This document shows, in pieces, positions 48,599-58,509 of a stretch of 64,000 bases of DNA. Position 1 is the first letter of the stretch. Every line of letters begins with the position of its first letter. The notes under the pieces were generated by a model. The model was not told where the DNA came from. It worked only from the letters and a program-made list of their open reading frames with translations, and did not search any database. Source of the DNA: an uncultured Actinomycetes bacterium (GTDB lineage Bacteria > Actinomycetota > Thermoleophilia > Gaiellales > Gaiellaceae); contig CAVUMD010000002.1 in NCBI GenBank assembly GCA_963742525.1, positions 168,025 through 232,024 of the forward strand. The letters run 5' to 3'. The translations under genes were made by a program, and so were the position numbers.

Positions 48599-49759
48599 GT
48601 GTTGCGCATCGCGTTGCCGATCCAGGTCTACGCGCTCACGGGCTCGACGCTCGCGACCGGCGGCGTCGTCGCCGCGAACGTCGGCGCAAGCCTTCTCGTC
48701 GGGGCCGTCGCCGGTGTCTACGTCGACCGCTGGGACAGGCGCCGGACGCTCGTGGCCGGCAACCTCGCGCTGGCCGTCGTGGTCGCCCCGCTCGCGCTCG
48801 TCACGACTGCCGACCGGGTGTGGATCGTGTACGTCGTCGCGTTCTGCCAGGCGGTCGCGGTGCAGTTCGTGAGCCCGGCCGAGGCGGCCCTGCTGCCACG
48901 ACTCGTCCCGCAGAACCTGCTCCCCGCCGCGAACGGGCTGAACGCGCTCAACAACAACCTCGCGCGGCTCGTGGGTCCGGTGCTCGGCGGTTTCGCAGCC
49001 GCCCTCGGGATCGGCGCGGTCGTCGGGCTCGACCTCGTCTCGTTCCTGCTCGCCGCCGCGCTCATCGCGGCGATCGGGGGCGCGCATCGCGCCGACCGGG
49101 TCGAGGAGCGCCACGTGATCGCGGAGCTGCTCGACGGGCTCCGGCTCGTCCGGGGGACGGTTGTGGTCGCGATCCTGGTCGGGCTCCTCTTCGTGACGTC
49201 GATCGGAGAGGGCGTGATGGGCGCGCTCTTCGCCCCGTTCGTGGTCGACGCTCTCGAGGGCGGCGCGAAGGAGCTCGGCTGGACGATGACCGCCCAGGCC
49301 GTCGGCGGGATCGCCGGCGGCCTGTTCGCCGGGCGCTGGATCGCGCGGTTCGGAGCGCTCCGCGTCGTCCCGGTGACGCTCGTGCTGTTCGGCCTGATCG
49401 ACCTCGTGATCTTCAACTATCCGCGCTGGTCGACCGCCATCGTCCCCGTCCTCGTCCTGTTCGTCGTCGTCGGCGTCCCCGGAGCGGTCGGCTTCGCCGC
49501 CCAGCTCACCGTCGTGCAGAGCGCGGTCGAGAACGCCTACCTCGGTCGGGTCTTCGCTGTCGCCGGCGTGCTGGCGTCGGCGGGGATGCTGCTCGGCGCG
49601 GCGGTCGGCGGTGCGCTGGGCGAACGGGTCGGGATCGTCAATCTGCTGACCGTCCAGGGGCTCGGGTATGTCGTCGCTGGGTCGCTCGCGGGTGTGCTCC
49701 TCCGACGCGAGCCGGATCCGCTGGTCGTCGCCGAAGGCCGCGCCGACGCGATACCCTGA
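48599..49759 (+). CDS. MFS transporter (MFS_3/EntS-like); true start probably upstream of the annotated GTG
   Basis: 386-aa ORF with about 11-12 TM segments. The in-frame upstream sequence from 48524 reads DLAPFRHRGFAFLWLAGLLSFAGDWV, which looks like the conserved N-terminus, but it contains no ATG, GTG or TTG. Confidence 0.75.
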   Translation: MLRIALPIQVYALTGSTLATGGVVAANVGASLLVGAVAGVYVDRWDRRRTLVAGNLALAVVVAPLALVTTADRVWIVYVVAFCQAVAVQFVSPAEAALLPRLVPQNLLPAANGLNALNNNLARLVGPVLGGFAAALGIGAVVGLDLVSFLLAAALIAAIGGAHRADRVEERHVIAELLDGLRLVRGTVVVAILVGLLFVTSIGEGVMGALFAPFVVDALEGGAKELGWTMTAQAVGGIAGGLFAGRWIARFGALRVVPVTLVLFGLIDLVIFNYPRWSTAIVPVLVLFVVVGVPGAVGFAAQLTVVQSAVENAYLGRVFAVAGVLASAGMLLGAAVGGALGERVGIVNLLTVQGLGYVVAGSLAGVLLRREPDPLVVAEGRADAIP

Positions 49760-49852
49760 CGCGGCACGGGCGACGTCGTCCGACACGACCGCCGACGGTG
49801 GCGGGGCCGCCCCTCGGGACGCGGCGCGTCAACGACCGGACGGAGGAGATAC

Positions 49853-50452
49853 GTGTCCAGCATCCCCATGCGCATCCTGATCGCCGAGGACGAGACGATC
49901 ATCCGCCTCGACCTGCGGGACCTCCTGGAGAAGAGCGGCTTCGAGGTCGTCGCCGAGGCGCGCGACGGCGAGGAGGCAGTGGCGCTCGCGCGGAGCGAGG
50001 CGCCCGACCTCGCGCTGCTCGACGTGAAGATGCCCAAGCTCGACGGAATCGACGCGGCGCGCAGGATCCTCGACGAGCATCCGATCCCGATCGTGATGGT
50101 GACGGCCTACGGCGAGCAGGAGCTCGTCGCCCGGGCGGTCGAAGCCGGCGTCTTCGGCTATCTCGTGAAGCCGTTCCGCGAGACCGATCTCCTGCCGGCG
50201 ATCGAGACGGCCCGCGCGCGCCACGAGGAGCTCGCCGTGGTTCGCGCCGAGGCCGACTCCCTCGCCGCGGCGCTGGCGGCGCGGAAGGCGATCGAGCGGG
50301 CGAAGGGCCTGCTCATGGAACGCGAGGGCCTGACCGAGCGCGACGCCTTCGCGCGGCTCCGCAAGGCGAGCCAGATCTCGGGCCGGAAGCTCGAGGTCGT
50401 GGCCGAGGCCCTGATCGCGACGCTCGACGCAGACCCGCGGCGCGAGCCCTGA
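49853..50452 (+). CDS. pdtaR: response regulator with ANTAR RNA-binding output domain (PdtaR-like)
   Basis: 199 aa. REC domain (ILIAEDE...LLDVKMPKLDG...KP) and ANTAR domain (RKAIERAKGLLMEREGLTERDAFARLRKASQISGRKLEVVAEALI). GTG start 5 nt after GGAGGAG. Confidence 0.88.
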   Translation: MSSIPMRILIAEDETIIRLDLRDLLEKSGFEVVAEARDGEEAVALARSEAPDLALLDVKMPKLDGIDAARRILDEHPIPIVMVTAYGEQELVARAVEAGVFGYLVKPFRETDLLPAIETARARHEELAVVRAEADSLAAALAARKAIERAKGLLMEREGLTERDAFARLRKASQISGRKLEVVAEALIATLDADPRREP

Positions 50453-50476
50453 GCACGGGCTCGCGCCGCAGGGCCT

Positions 50477-51517
50477 TCAGCGCGGGGGAGGCGCCGGGGG
50501 GGCCGTGGAGCGTCGGACGACGAGGCGCGTCGCCAGCTCGATGCGGAGCGTCTCGACGCGCTGCCCGTCGATCAGGCGGCTGAGCAGGCTCACCGCCATC
50601 CGGCCCATCTCCTCGAGCGGTTGGCGGACGGTTGTCAACGCCGGCGTCACGACGCGGGACAGCTCGCTGTCGTCGAAGCCGACGATGGAGAGCTGCTCGG
50701 GCACGCTGAATCCGAGCTCGGCGGCGGCGTGCAGCGCGCCGATCGCCATGTTGTCGTTCGAGGCGAAGATCGCCGTCGGGGGGTCGCCCAGCGCGAGGAG
50801 CCGGCGCGCGGCCTCGTAGCCGTCGGCGATCTCGAAGTTGCCGCGGTCGACGAGCTCCGGCGAGGGAAGCACGCCGGCGCCCGCGAGCGCCGCCTGATAG
50901 CCGTTCGCGCGCTCCTCCGTCGCCACCCAGCCGTCGCGCCCCTCGATGATCGCGATCCGCCGGTGGCCGAGCTCGAGGAGATGCTCGGTCGCCGACCGCG
51001 CACCGGCCCAGTGCGTCGCGGAGACGACGGGGACTCGCTCGGGGAGCGGCATCGGGGCGTCGATCACGACGAACGGGAAGCCCTGGCTCTCGAGGTCCCC
51101 CAGCTCCTCGGCGGACTCGGACGGGAGAACGAGGATCGCACCGTCGGTCGTGCCTCGGAGAAGCCGCTCGACGAGCGCCGCCTCACGGTCGTGCTCGTGC
51201 CGGGTGGGGCAGAGCACCGCACGCATCTCCTGCTCGTGCAGCGCCTCGGTCGCGCCGGAGAGGATGGAGGCGTAGTAGTCGCCGAGGACGTAGGGGATCG
51301 TGCAGCCGACGAGGCCGGTGCGCCCCTTCGAGAGGCCGCGTGCGCTGCGGTTCGTCGTGAAGCTCATCGCGCGGACGACCTCCATCACGGCGTCACGCGT
51401 CTCCCGGGAGACGTCCGGCCGGTCGTTGACGACGCGGGAGACCGTGGCCACGGACACCCCCGCCCGGCGCGCCACGTCGCGGATCGTCGCCCGGCTCGCT
51501 CGCGTTGCCTCGCTCAT
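50477..51517 (-). CDS. LacI-family transcriptional repressor
   Basis: 346 aa with N-terminal HTH ATIRDVARRAGVSVATVSRVVN and a periplasmic-binding-protein-like sugar-binding core. Confidence 0.9.
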   Translation of the reverse strand: MSEATRASRATIRDVARRAGVSVATVSRVVNDRPDVSRETRDAVMEVVRAMSFTTNRSARGLSKGRTGLVGCTIPYVLGDYYASILSGATEALHEQEMRAVLCPTRHEHDREAALVERLLRGTTDGAILVLPSESAEELGDLESQGFPFVVIDAPMPLPERVPVVSATHWAGARSATEHLLELGHRRIAIIEGRDGWVATEERANGYQAALAGAGVLPSPELVDRGNFEIADGYEAARRLLALGDPPTAIFASNDNMAIGALHAAAELGFSVPEQLSIVGFDDSELSRVVTPALTTVRQPLEEMGRMAVSLLSRLIDGQRVETLRIELATRLVVRRSTAPPAPPPR

Positions 51518-51643
51518 CGCGCTTGTGCCTCGTCTTTCCCGGAACCGTTTTCGGAACGCCCGACTCTACACCATGCGCCTGATGGTGCGCCAGATCGACA
51601 AAATCTCGGCGTCATCGCCTTGACATCCGGCGCAAACCTGTTA

Positions 51644-51660
51644 AACGTTCCCGGAACGTT
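51644..51660. promoter_or_regulatory. candidate LacI-family operator (perfect palindrome) overlapping a putative promoter
   Basis: AACGTTCC-C-GGAACGTT contains the CG-centred AACG/CGTT core common to LacI-family operators. TTGACA is at 51620-51625, and a TGtTAAACG extended -10-like sequence lies just upstream. Extra CGGAAC copies are at about 51541-51558 and 51662-51668. Confidence 0.5.
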
Positions 51661-51761
51661 ACGGAAACCGCGGCGAATCCCTCGCCCCGCACGCGCATGA
51701 CAACGACCCGGACGCACGAGACGCAGCGCAGCCTCACCCGCCCGATCCGGCAGGCGGACGC

Positions 51762-53693
51762 GTGAGCGACCTCCCCGCCTGGCTCGGCGCGAACTTCTGG
51801 TCGCGGGCCGGCGGGCCGCGGATGTGGTCGCGCTACGACGGCGCCGTCGTCCGCTCCGAGCTCGAGGTGCTGGCCCGCCACGGCCTCGGGGTGACGAGGT
51901 CGTTCTGCTTCTGGCCCGACTTCGTTCCCGAGCCCGAGGTGCTCGACGAGACGGTGGCCGGGCACCTCGAGGACTTCCTCGACGCGCATGTCGAGGCGGG
52001 TCTCGGCACGATCCCGACGCTCGTCGTCGGTCACATGTCCGGCGAGAACTGGGACCCCCCCTGGCGGGGCGGTCGCGATCTCTACCGCGACGTCTGGCTC
52101 GTCGGGCAGCAGGCGTGGCTCGCCCAGGAGCTGGCGGCGCGCTTTGCCCGGCACCCGGCCGTCGTCGGCTGGCTGCTCTCGAACGAGATGCCGCTCTACG
52201 GCGGCACGGCGCCGGCGGAGGAGATCACCGCCTGGGCACGGATCCTCGTCCAGGCGCTACGCGCCGGCGGCGCACGCCAGCCGGTCTCCGTCGGCGACGG
52301 CGCGTGGGGCATCGAGGTCTCCGGCGCCGACAACGGCTACTCACTGCGTTCGCTTGCGCCGCTCGTCGACTTCGTGGGGCCGCACGCGTACCCGATGCAG
52401 GACGACGAGCACCGCCAGGCGCTCGCCGCCGCCTTCGCGTGCGAGCTCGCCGGCGGCTTCGGCAAGCCGGTGGTGCTCGAGGAGTTCGGCGTCACGTCGG
52501 ACTTCGCTGCGGACGAGCATGCGGCCGGCTACTACCGGCAGGTTCTCCACACGACGCTCCTCGCGGGGGCGACCGGCTGGCTCGCCTGGAACAACTGCGA
52601 CTACGACGACCTCGCGGCCGAGGACCCGTACCGCCACCACCCGTTCGAGATGCACTTCGGCCTCACCGACCGCGAGGGCCGGCCGAAGCCGCAGCTCCAC
52701 GCGATGGCGGAGTTCGGGGCGCTCCTCGAGGAGCTCGGAGACGAGGGCTTCGAGCCTGTGAAGGGCGACGTGGCGCTCGTCGTGCCCGAGCACTTCGAGC
52801 GGGAGCTGCCTTTCACGACGCAGGCGTATCGCGAGGACCTCCGAGAGGGGCTGTTCCAGTCGTACGTCGCGGCGCGCGAGGCGGACCTCCCCGTCGCCGT
52901 CGTCCGCGAGCGAGACGGGATCCCTGCGACGGCGCGCCTCTACCTGGCACCCTGCACGAAGCTCCTCACCGCCCCGGGCCTCGAGCGCCTGCGCCAGCTC
53001 GCGGCCGGCGGCGCGACGGTCTACGTCTCGTACTTCGCGGGCTCGACGACCAACCAGCGAGGGCCATGGATCACATGGCTCGACGAGCTGTTCGGCGTCC
53101 GGCACCGGCTGCGCTACGGCCTCGCCGACGCGATCGAGGACGACGTCGTCGAGCTCGAGCTCGTCGAGGGGCTCGGCGGGCTCGCGGCGGGCACGAGGCT
53201 GACGTTCGCCGTCGCCGGAGAGCCGAGCGCGCGGAGCTACCTGCCGGTCGAGACAGCCGGCGCCGAGGTCGTCGCCGTCGATCACCGCGGCCGTCCGGCG
53301 CTCCTGCGCCACGCGATCGGCGCGGGAAGCACCATCCTCTGCACCTATCCGCTCGAGCACATGGCGGCGCGCACTCCGCGCGTCAACCCGGAGGACACCT
53401 GGCGGCTGTACGCGGCGCTCGCCGAGAGCGCGGGCGTCGTCCGTCCGGTGTCGGTCGCGGATCCACGGATCGTCGCCGGCGCGGTGCGCCACGGCGGCTC
53501 CACGACGGCCGTCCTCGTCAACTGCTCCGCCGAGCCGATCGTCGCCGAGCCCGTGCTGGCCGGGGGCGAGGTGCTCGCGTCGCGGCTGATCTGCCCGATG
53601 GGCGTAGCCGTGATCCCCGCCGGGGAGCGAGCCGCCGACCTCGAGACCGTTCCGGCGTCTCACGAAGGGGGTGATCCGCTCGGGGCCTCGTGA
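51762..53693 (+). CDS. clan GH-A (GH5-like TIM-barrel) glycoside hydrolase, cytoplasmic
   Basis: 643 aa with a GTG start and no signal peptide. WLLSNEMP (acid/base NE) and VVLEEFGV (nucleophile) motifs. Confidence 0.7.
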   Translation: MSDLPAWLGANFWSRAGGPRMWSRYDGAVVRSELEVLARHGLGVTRSFCFWPDFVPEPEVLDETVAGHLEDFLDAHVEAGLGTIPTLVVGHMSGENWDPPWRGGRDLYRDVWLVGQQAWLAQELAARFARHPAVVGWLLSNEMPLYGGTAPAEEITAWARILVQALRAGGARQPVSVGDGAWGIEVSGADNGYSLRSLAPLVDFVGPHAYPMQDDEHRQALAAAFACELAGGFGKPVVLEEFGVTSDFAADEHAAGYYRQVLHTTLLAGATGWLAWNNCDYDDLAAEDPYRHHPFEMHFGLTDREGRPKPQLHAMAEFGALLEELGDEGFEPVKGDVALVVPEHFERELPFTTQAYREDLREGLFQSYVAAREADLPVAVVRERDGIPATARLYLAPCTKLLTAPGLERLRQLAAGGATVYVSYFAGSTTNQRGPWITWLDELFGVRHRLRYGLADAIEDDVVELELVEGLGGLAAGTRLTFAVAGEPSARSYLPVETAGAEVVAVDHRGRPALLRHAIGAGSTILCTYPLEHMAARTPRVNPEDTWRLYAALAESAGVVRPVSVADPRIVAGAVRHGGSTTAVLVNCSAEPIVAEPVLAGGEVLASRLICPMGVAVIPAGERAADLETVPASHEGGDPLGAS

Positions 53694-53790
53694 GAAGCGG
53701 CTACCGACCGTTGAACGAGACACGCGTCCGGGCGCCGACGCCCGGAGACCAACGCATCGACCAGGTACGCGAAGGAGGAAGAAGCACGTC

Positions 53791-55521
53791 ATGACGATTC
53801 GACGCAAAAGGACATCGGTGGGCGTGGCCGTGCTCGTGGCCGCGGTCGCCGTTGGCGCGTTCCTCGCCGCAGGGGCGAGCGCCAGGCAGAGCGCCCTGCC
53901 GAGGGCCCAGACGCTGTACACGTCGGGCACGGCGTGGGGGCCGTTCACCCAGTTCAACCCGCTCCGCTCGAGCGGCAACGCGACAGGCACGATCGGGCTC
54001 CTCTACGAGACCCTGTTCCGGTACGACCCGCTGAAGGACAGGTACATCCCGTGGCTCGCCACCAGCGGCAAGTGGGTCGGCACAACGTTCGTCGTCACGC
54101 TGCGCAAGGGCGTGACGTGGAACGACGGCAAGCCGTTCACCGGTGCGGACGTGAAGTTCACCTTCGAGACCGGCAAGCTCGAGGGCTCCGAGCTCTCGAC
54201 GATGTGGAAGACCGGCCTTCAGAGCATCGGCGTGAAGGGGAACGCTGTCAGCTTCCGCTTCAAGGGCCAGCCGAACTACCTCGACTGGGCGACGAACATC
54301 TTCACGTACGGCATCGTCCCGGCGCACGTGTGGAAGAACTACGACGGCAAGGAGATCGCCACCGGCAACACCGACAAGTACTTCGTCGGCACCGGGCCGT
54401 TCAGCTACGGCGCCGGCAAGGGGACGTCCGGGACACTGCAGTGGAACCGCCGCGACAACTGGTGGGCGACGAAGCTCCTCGGCGTGAAGATGCCGATGAA
54501 GTACATCGTCGACATCCACAACACGCAGAACACCGCCTCTCTGCAGAACTTCCTGCAGAACAACATCGACCTCTCGAACAACTTCTTCCCGGGCATCGAC
54601 AAGCAGATCGGCGGGAAGGTGCAGACGTACTACACCAAGCCGCCGTACATGCTGTCGGCGAACACGGCATGGCTGATCCCGAACACGACGAAGGCGCCGC
54701 TCAACGACTCCGCCTTCCGGCGGGCGCTCGCGATGTCGATCAACGTCGACCAGATCGTCAAGGCCGACTACGGGAACATCGTCGCGAAGGCGAATCCCAC
54801 CGGCCTCCTGCCGACCTGGAGCAAGTGGATCGACCAGGCGCAGGTGAAGAAGCTCGGGTTCAAGTACAACATCGCGGCGGCCAAGGCGCTGCTCGCGGCG
54901 AACGGCTACAAGGACACGAACGGCGACGGCTTCGTCGAGAACAAGAACGGCCAGCCGATCAACCTCCAGCTGATCGTGCCCAACGGGTGGTCCGACTGGA
55001 TGACGGCGATCCAGATCATCGCGGCGTCGACCAAGGACGCCGGGATCAAGATCACGCCCGCCTATCCGGACTACAACGGGCTCGTCGACCAGCGCAACAC
55101 GGGCAAGTTCGACCTGGTCATCAACAACGACAAGCAGCTCGGCCCGACGCCGTACACGTACTACGACTACCTCTTCCACCTCCCGGTGGCGGACACCCAG
55201 ACCTTCGCGAACTACTCCCGGTTCACGTCCTCGGGGCCGAAGCCGTGGGCGCTGACGCTCGCGCTCAACAAGGTCAAGCCGGCCAACGTCGCGAAGCAGA
55301 GGCAGATCCAGTCGAAGATCCAGAAGTACATCCTCGAGCAGTTGCCCGCGATTCCGCTCTGGTACAACGGGCTCTGGTCCCAGTACAACACGACGTACTG
55401 GACGAACTTCCCGAAGTCGGCCGGCGCGGGGCTCCAGACGACCCCGAGCGTCTGGAACGGCTACCTCAACATGACGGGCATCGACGCGCTCGCGCGCCTC
55501 AAGCCCGCAAAGCAGGGCTAG
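53791..55521 (+). CDS. ABC transporter substrate-binding protein, family 5 (DppA/OppA-like; likely oligosaccharide)
   Basis: ORF 53671..55521 trimmed to ATG 53791, 12 nt after GAAGGAGG. N-terminal signal MTIRRKRTSVGVAVLVAAVAVGAFLAAGASA. About 576 aa. Confidence 0.88.
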   Translation: MTIRRKRTSVGVAVLVAAVAVGAFLAAGASARQSALPRAQTLYTSGTAWGPFTQFNPLRSSGNATGTIGLLYETLFRYDPLKDRYIPWLATSGKWVGTTFVVTLRKGVTWNDGKPFTGADVKFTFETGKLEGSELSTMWKTGLQSIGVKGNAVSFRFKGQPNYLDWATNIFTYGIVPAHVWKNYDGKEIATGNTDKYFVGTGPFSYGAGKGTSGTLQWNRRDNWWATKLLGVKMPMKYIVDIHNTQNTASLQNFLQNNIDLSNNFFPGIDKQIGGKVQTYYTKPPYMLSANTAWLIPNTTKAPLNDSAFRRALAMSINVDQIVKADYGNIVAKANPTGLLPTWSKWIDQAQVKKLGFKYNIAAAKALLAANGYKDTNGDGFVENKNGQPINLQLIVPNGWSDWMTAIQIIAASTKDAGIKITPAYPDYNGLVDQRNTGKFDLVINNDKQLGPTPYTYYDYLFHLPVADTQTFANYSRFTSSGPKPWALTLALNKVKPANVAKQRQIQSKIQKYILEQLPAIPLWYNGLWSQYNTTYWTNFPKSAGAGLQTTPSVWNGYLNMTGIDALARLKPAKQG

Positions 55522-55556
55522 GGCCCGAGCACGCCGTGGCCTGAGCCGGCCGGGAC

Positions 55557-55585
55557 GGGTGGTGCGTCGCAGAGGCGCACCACCC
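55557..55585 (+). promoter_or_regulatory. intercistronic stem-loop after the binding-protein gene
   Basis: GGGTGGTGCG-tcgcagagg-CGCACCACCC (10 bp), nested in an outer CCGGGACGG...CCGTCCCGG pairing. Its position is typical of SBP-mRNA stabilising or attenuating hairpins. Confidence 0.4.
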
Positions 55586-55637
55586 TCCCGCCCGGACGCA
55601 CCGTCCCGGCCGCTCGAACGACCATCATGGAGACGGC

Positions 55638-56624
55638 GTGACCCGCTACCTCGCCCGCAAGAGCCTCCTCTACCTGCTGACGTTCTTCGTCGCCGTCACC
55701 ATCGACTGGGCGATCCCCCGACTGATGCCCGGCGACCCGATCGACGGCCTGATCAGCCGCCTGCAGGCCGACTCGACGGCGTCCCAGGAGCTCCACGGGT
55801 ACTTCACGGAGTCGTTCGGCCTCGACCAGCCGCTGTGGCGCCAGTACGCGAACTTCTGGCGCGGGCTCGCGCACGGCGACCTCGGGCCGAGCATCGCGTA
55901 CGTCGGCTCGTCGGTCAGCGAGCTGATCTGGGCGGCGCTGCCGTACACCCTCGCCCTGCTCGTCCCGGCGATCATCCTGAGCTACGTCGCCGGCAACCGC
56001 GTCGGTGCGATGGCTGCACGCCGCAAGGTCCTCGACAACACCGTGCTGCCGTTCGCCTACATCCTCACCGCCACGCCATACGTCTGGCTCGCGCTCGTGC
56101 TCGCCTACTTCCTCGCATTCAAGTGGGGGATCTTCCCCGTCTCCGGCGCCTACGACTTCTCGCTCCAGCCCGCCTGGACGTGGGAGTTCGCGTGGAGCTT
56201 CCTCCAACACTGGTTCCTCCCGTTCCTCACCCTGTTCCTCGTCTCGTTCGGCGGGTGGGCGATCGGGATGCGGAACCTCATCATCTACGAGCTCGAGTCG
56301 GAGTACTCCAACTACCTCCAGGCGCTCGGCGCGCCGGGCACGCTCGTCCGCAAGTACGCATACGGCAACGCCGTGCTGCCCCAGATGTCGGGCCTCGCGC
56401 TGGCCCTCGGCGCCGTGGTCGGCGGCGCCCTCGTCACGGAGATCGTCTTCGGCTACCCCGGTATCGGGACGCTGATCATCACCGCGCTCCAGAACCGCGA
56501 CTACTTCCTGCTCCAGGGGCTTTTCCTGTTCATCATCATCGGCGTCCTCGTCGCCAACTTCGTGGTCGACATCCTCTACGTCGTCGTCGACCCGCGGACG
56601 CGCATCGGGATCCAGGGGTCATAG
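55638..56624 (+). CDS. ABC transporter permease (DppB/OppB-like)
   Basis: 328 aa with 6 TM segments, GTG start. Confidence 0.9.
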   Translation: MTRYLARKSLLYLLTFFVAVTIDWAIPRLMPGDPIDGLISRLQADSTASQELHGYFTESFGLDQPLWRQYANFWRGLAHGDLGPSIAYVGSSVSELIWAALPYTLALLVPAIILSYVAGNRVGAMAARRKVLDNTVLPFAYILTATPYVWLALVLAYFLAFKWGIFPVSGAYDFSLQPAWTWEFAWSFLQHWFLPFLTLFLVSFGGWAIGMRNLIIYELESEYSNYLQALGAPGTLVRKYAYGNAVLPQMSGLALALGAVVGGALVTEIVFGYPGIGTLIITALQNRDYFLLQGLFLFIIIGVLVANFVVDILYVVVDPRTRIGIQGS

Positions 56625-57560
56625 GTGGAGTCGCGCGCCGACATGGTGGCAACACCGGAGATCGCCCTCACCGGCGAGGGGGCGTCGCTGGAGGACGCGT
56701 ACCCGGAACCACCCGTCCGCCGCTTCGAGGCGCTGCACTTCGCGGTGCGGAACGCGAAGCTCGTCATCGGGCTCGCGGTCGTGCTGGCGTTTCTCGTCGC
56801 CGCGATCGCAGGCCCGTGGCTCACCGACGCGACGCCGTTCGAGTTCGGCTATCCGCTCGGCGAGCCGCCGTCGACCGCTCATTGGCTCGGGACGACGGCG
56901 CCCGGCCAGGACGTCTACTCCCAGTTCGTCTACGGCCTGCGCTCGAGCTTCCTGGTCGGCGCGCTCGCCGCGACCGTCGCCGGGCTGCTCGGCATGGCGG
57001 TCGGGTTTCTCGGCGGCTACCTGGGCGGTGTGATCGACGAGCTCCTGAGCATGGTCACGAACATCGTGCTCGTGATCCCGACGCTCGCCGTGCTGATCAT
57101 CGTGTCGGCGTACCTGACCGTCGGCAGCCTCTGGTCGGAGGCGCTCCTCATCGGGCTCACCTCGTGGCCGTGGGCGGCCCGCGCGATTCGCGCGCAGACG
57201 TTCTCGCTCGCCTCGCGCGACTTCGTGAGCCTCGCCCGGCTCTCCGGGCAAGGGACGGTGAAGGTGATCGTCAGGGAGATCGCGCCGAACATGAGCTCGT
57301 ACCTCTTCCTGACGTTCATCTTGCTCTTCGGCGGCGCGGTGCTCATCGCCGCGACGCTCGACTTCCTCGGCCTCGGCCCCTCCCAGGTGATGTCGCTCGG
57401 GCTGATGCTGAACAACGCCGTCTCGAACGCCGCGCTGCAGCTGGGAATGTGGTGGTGGTTCATCCCGCCGGGCGTCGGCATCACCGCGATCGTGGGCGGG
57501 CTCTACATCATGAACGTCGGCCTCGACGAGGTCTTCAACCCGAAGCTGAGGCGGACGTGA
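56625..57560 (+). CDS. ABC transporter permease (DppC/OppC-like)
   Basis: 311 aa. GTG start immediately after the upstream stop. Confidence 0.88.
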   Translation: MESRADMVATPEIALTGEGASLEDAYPEPPVRRFEALHFAVRNAKLVIGLAVVLAFLVAAIAGPWLTDATPFEFGYPLGEPPSTAHWLGTTAPGQDVYSQFVYGLRSSFLVGALAATVAGLLGMAVGFLGGYLGGVIDELLSMVTNIVLVIPTLAVLIIVSAYLTVGSLWSEALLIGLTSWPWAARAIRAQTFSLASRDFVSLARLSGQGTVKVIVREIAPNMSSYLFLTFILLFGGAVLIAATLDFLGLGPSQVMSLGLMLNNAVSNAALQLGMWWWFIPPGVGITAIVGGLYIMNVGLDEVFNPKLRRT

Positions 57561-58509
57561 GCCTCGCGGTCGACAACCTCCGCGTCTACTACCGGACGCT
57601 GCGCGGGGACGTCCGCGCGCTCGACGGCGCGACATTCACGGTCCGAGACGGCGAGATCATGGGCGTCGCCGGCGAGTCCGGGTGCGGCAAGACGACGCTC
57701 GGGAAGAGCCTCATCCGACTGGACGGGCGCATGCGCGTCGCGGAGGGGACGGTCACGCTGGACGGCGTCGAGCTGCCGATCGCCGACGACCGGGCGATGG
57801 ACACGTATCGCTTCCGCCACGTCTCGATCGTCCCGCAGTACGCGATGAGCGCGCTGAACCCGATCCGGCGGATCGGGCGCATGATCTCGGAGCTTCTCTC
57901 GTCGCGCGGCGTCTCCTACGACGAGACGCTCCCCGAGCTCCGCCGCCGGCTGGCGCTCGTCGGCCTCGAGGACGACATTCTCGAGCGCTACCCGATCGAG
58001 CTCTCGGGCGGGATGAAGCAGCGCGTCGTGATGGTGCTCTCGACGCTGATGAACCCGTCCCTTCTGATCGCGGACGAGCTGACGTCGGCCCTCGACGTGT
58101 CGACGCAGAAGGCGGTCGCCGAGATGCTCGTCGAGTTCCGCGACCGCGGGTTCGTCAAGAGCACGATCGTCATCACGCACGACCTGTCGATCCTCTACCA
58201 GGTCGCCGACACGATCCTCGTGATGTACGCGGGAAGCTCGTCGAGAAGGGCCCGGCCGCCGAGATCACCGAGGACCCGCGGCATCCGTACACGAAGCTCC
58301 TGATCGCGTCGCTCCCCGAGGTCGGCGTGCGCTTCGAGGAGCGGCGCCTGACCGGCATCGCCGGGCGTCCGCCGTCGCTCCTGCGGCCCCCGACCGGATG
58401 TCGCTTCCGGGCGCGCTGCCCGCTCGCCACCGAGGAGTGCGCGGAGGAGCCGCCGTTCGTGGAGCTCGCGCCGGGACGCCACGCGGCCTGCTGGAAGGTG
58501 GCAGCCTGA
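57557..58509 (+). pseudogene. ABC transporter ATP-binding protein (DppD/OppD-like), single-base frameshift near 58231
   Basis: From GTG 57557 (VSLAVDNLRVYY...GESGCGKTT...LSGGMKQR...LIADELTSALD) the frame ends in junk after ...ILVMYAG. The C-terminus KLVEKGPAAEITEDPRHPYTKLL...CRFRARCP... is in the frame of ORF 57682..58509. One extra G in GCGGGAAG would restore the frame. Confidence 0.8.
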
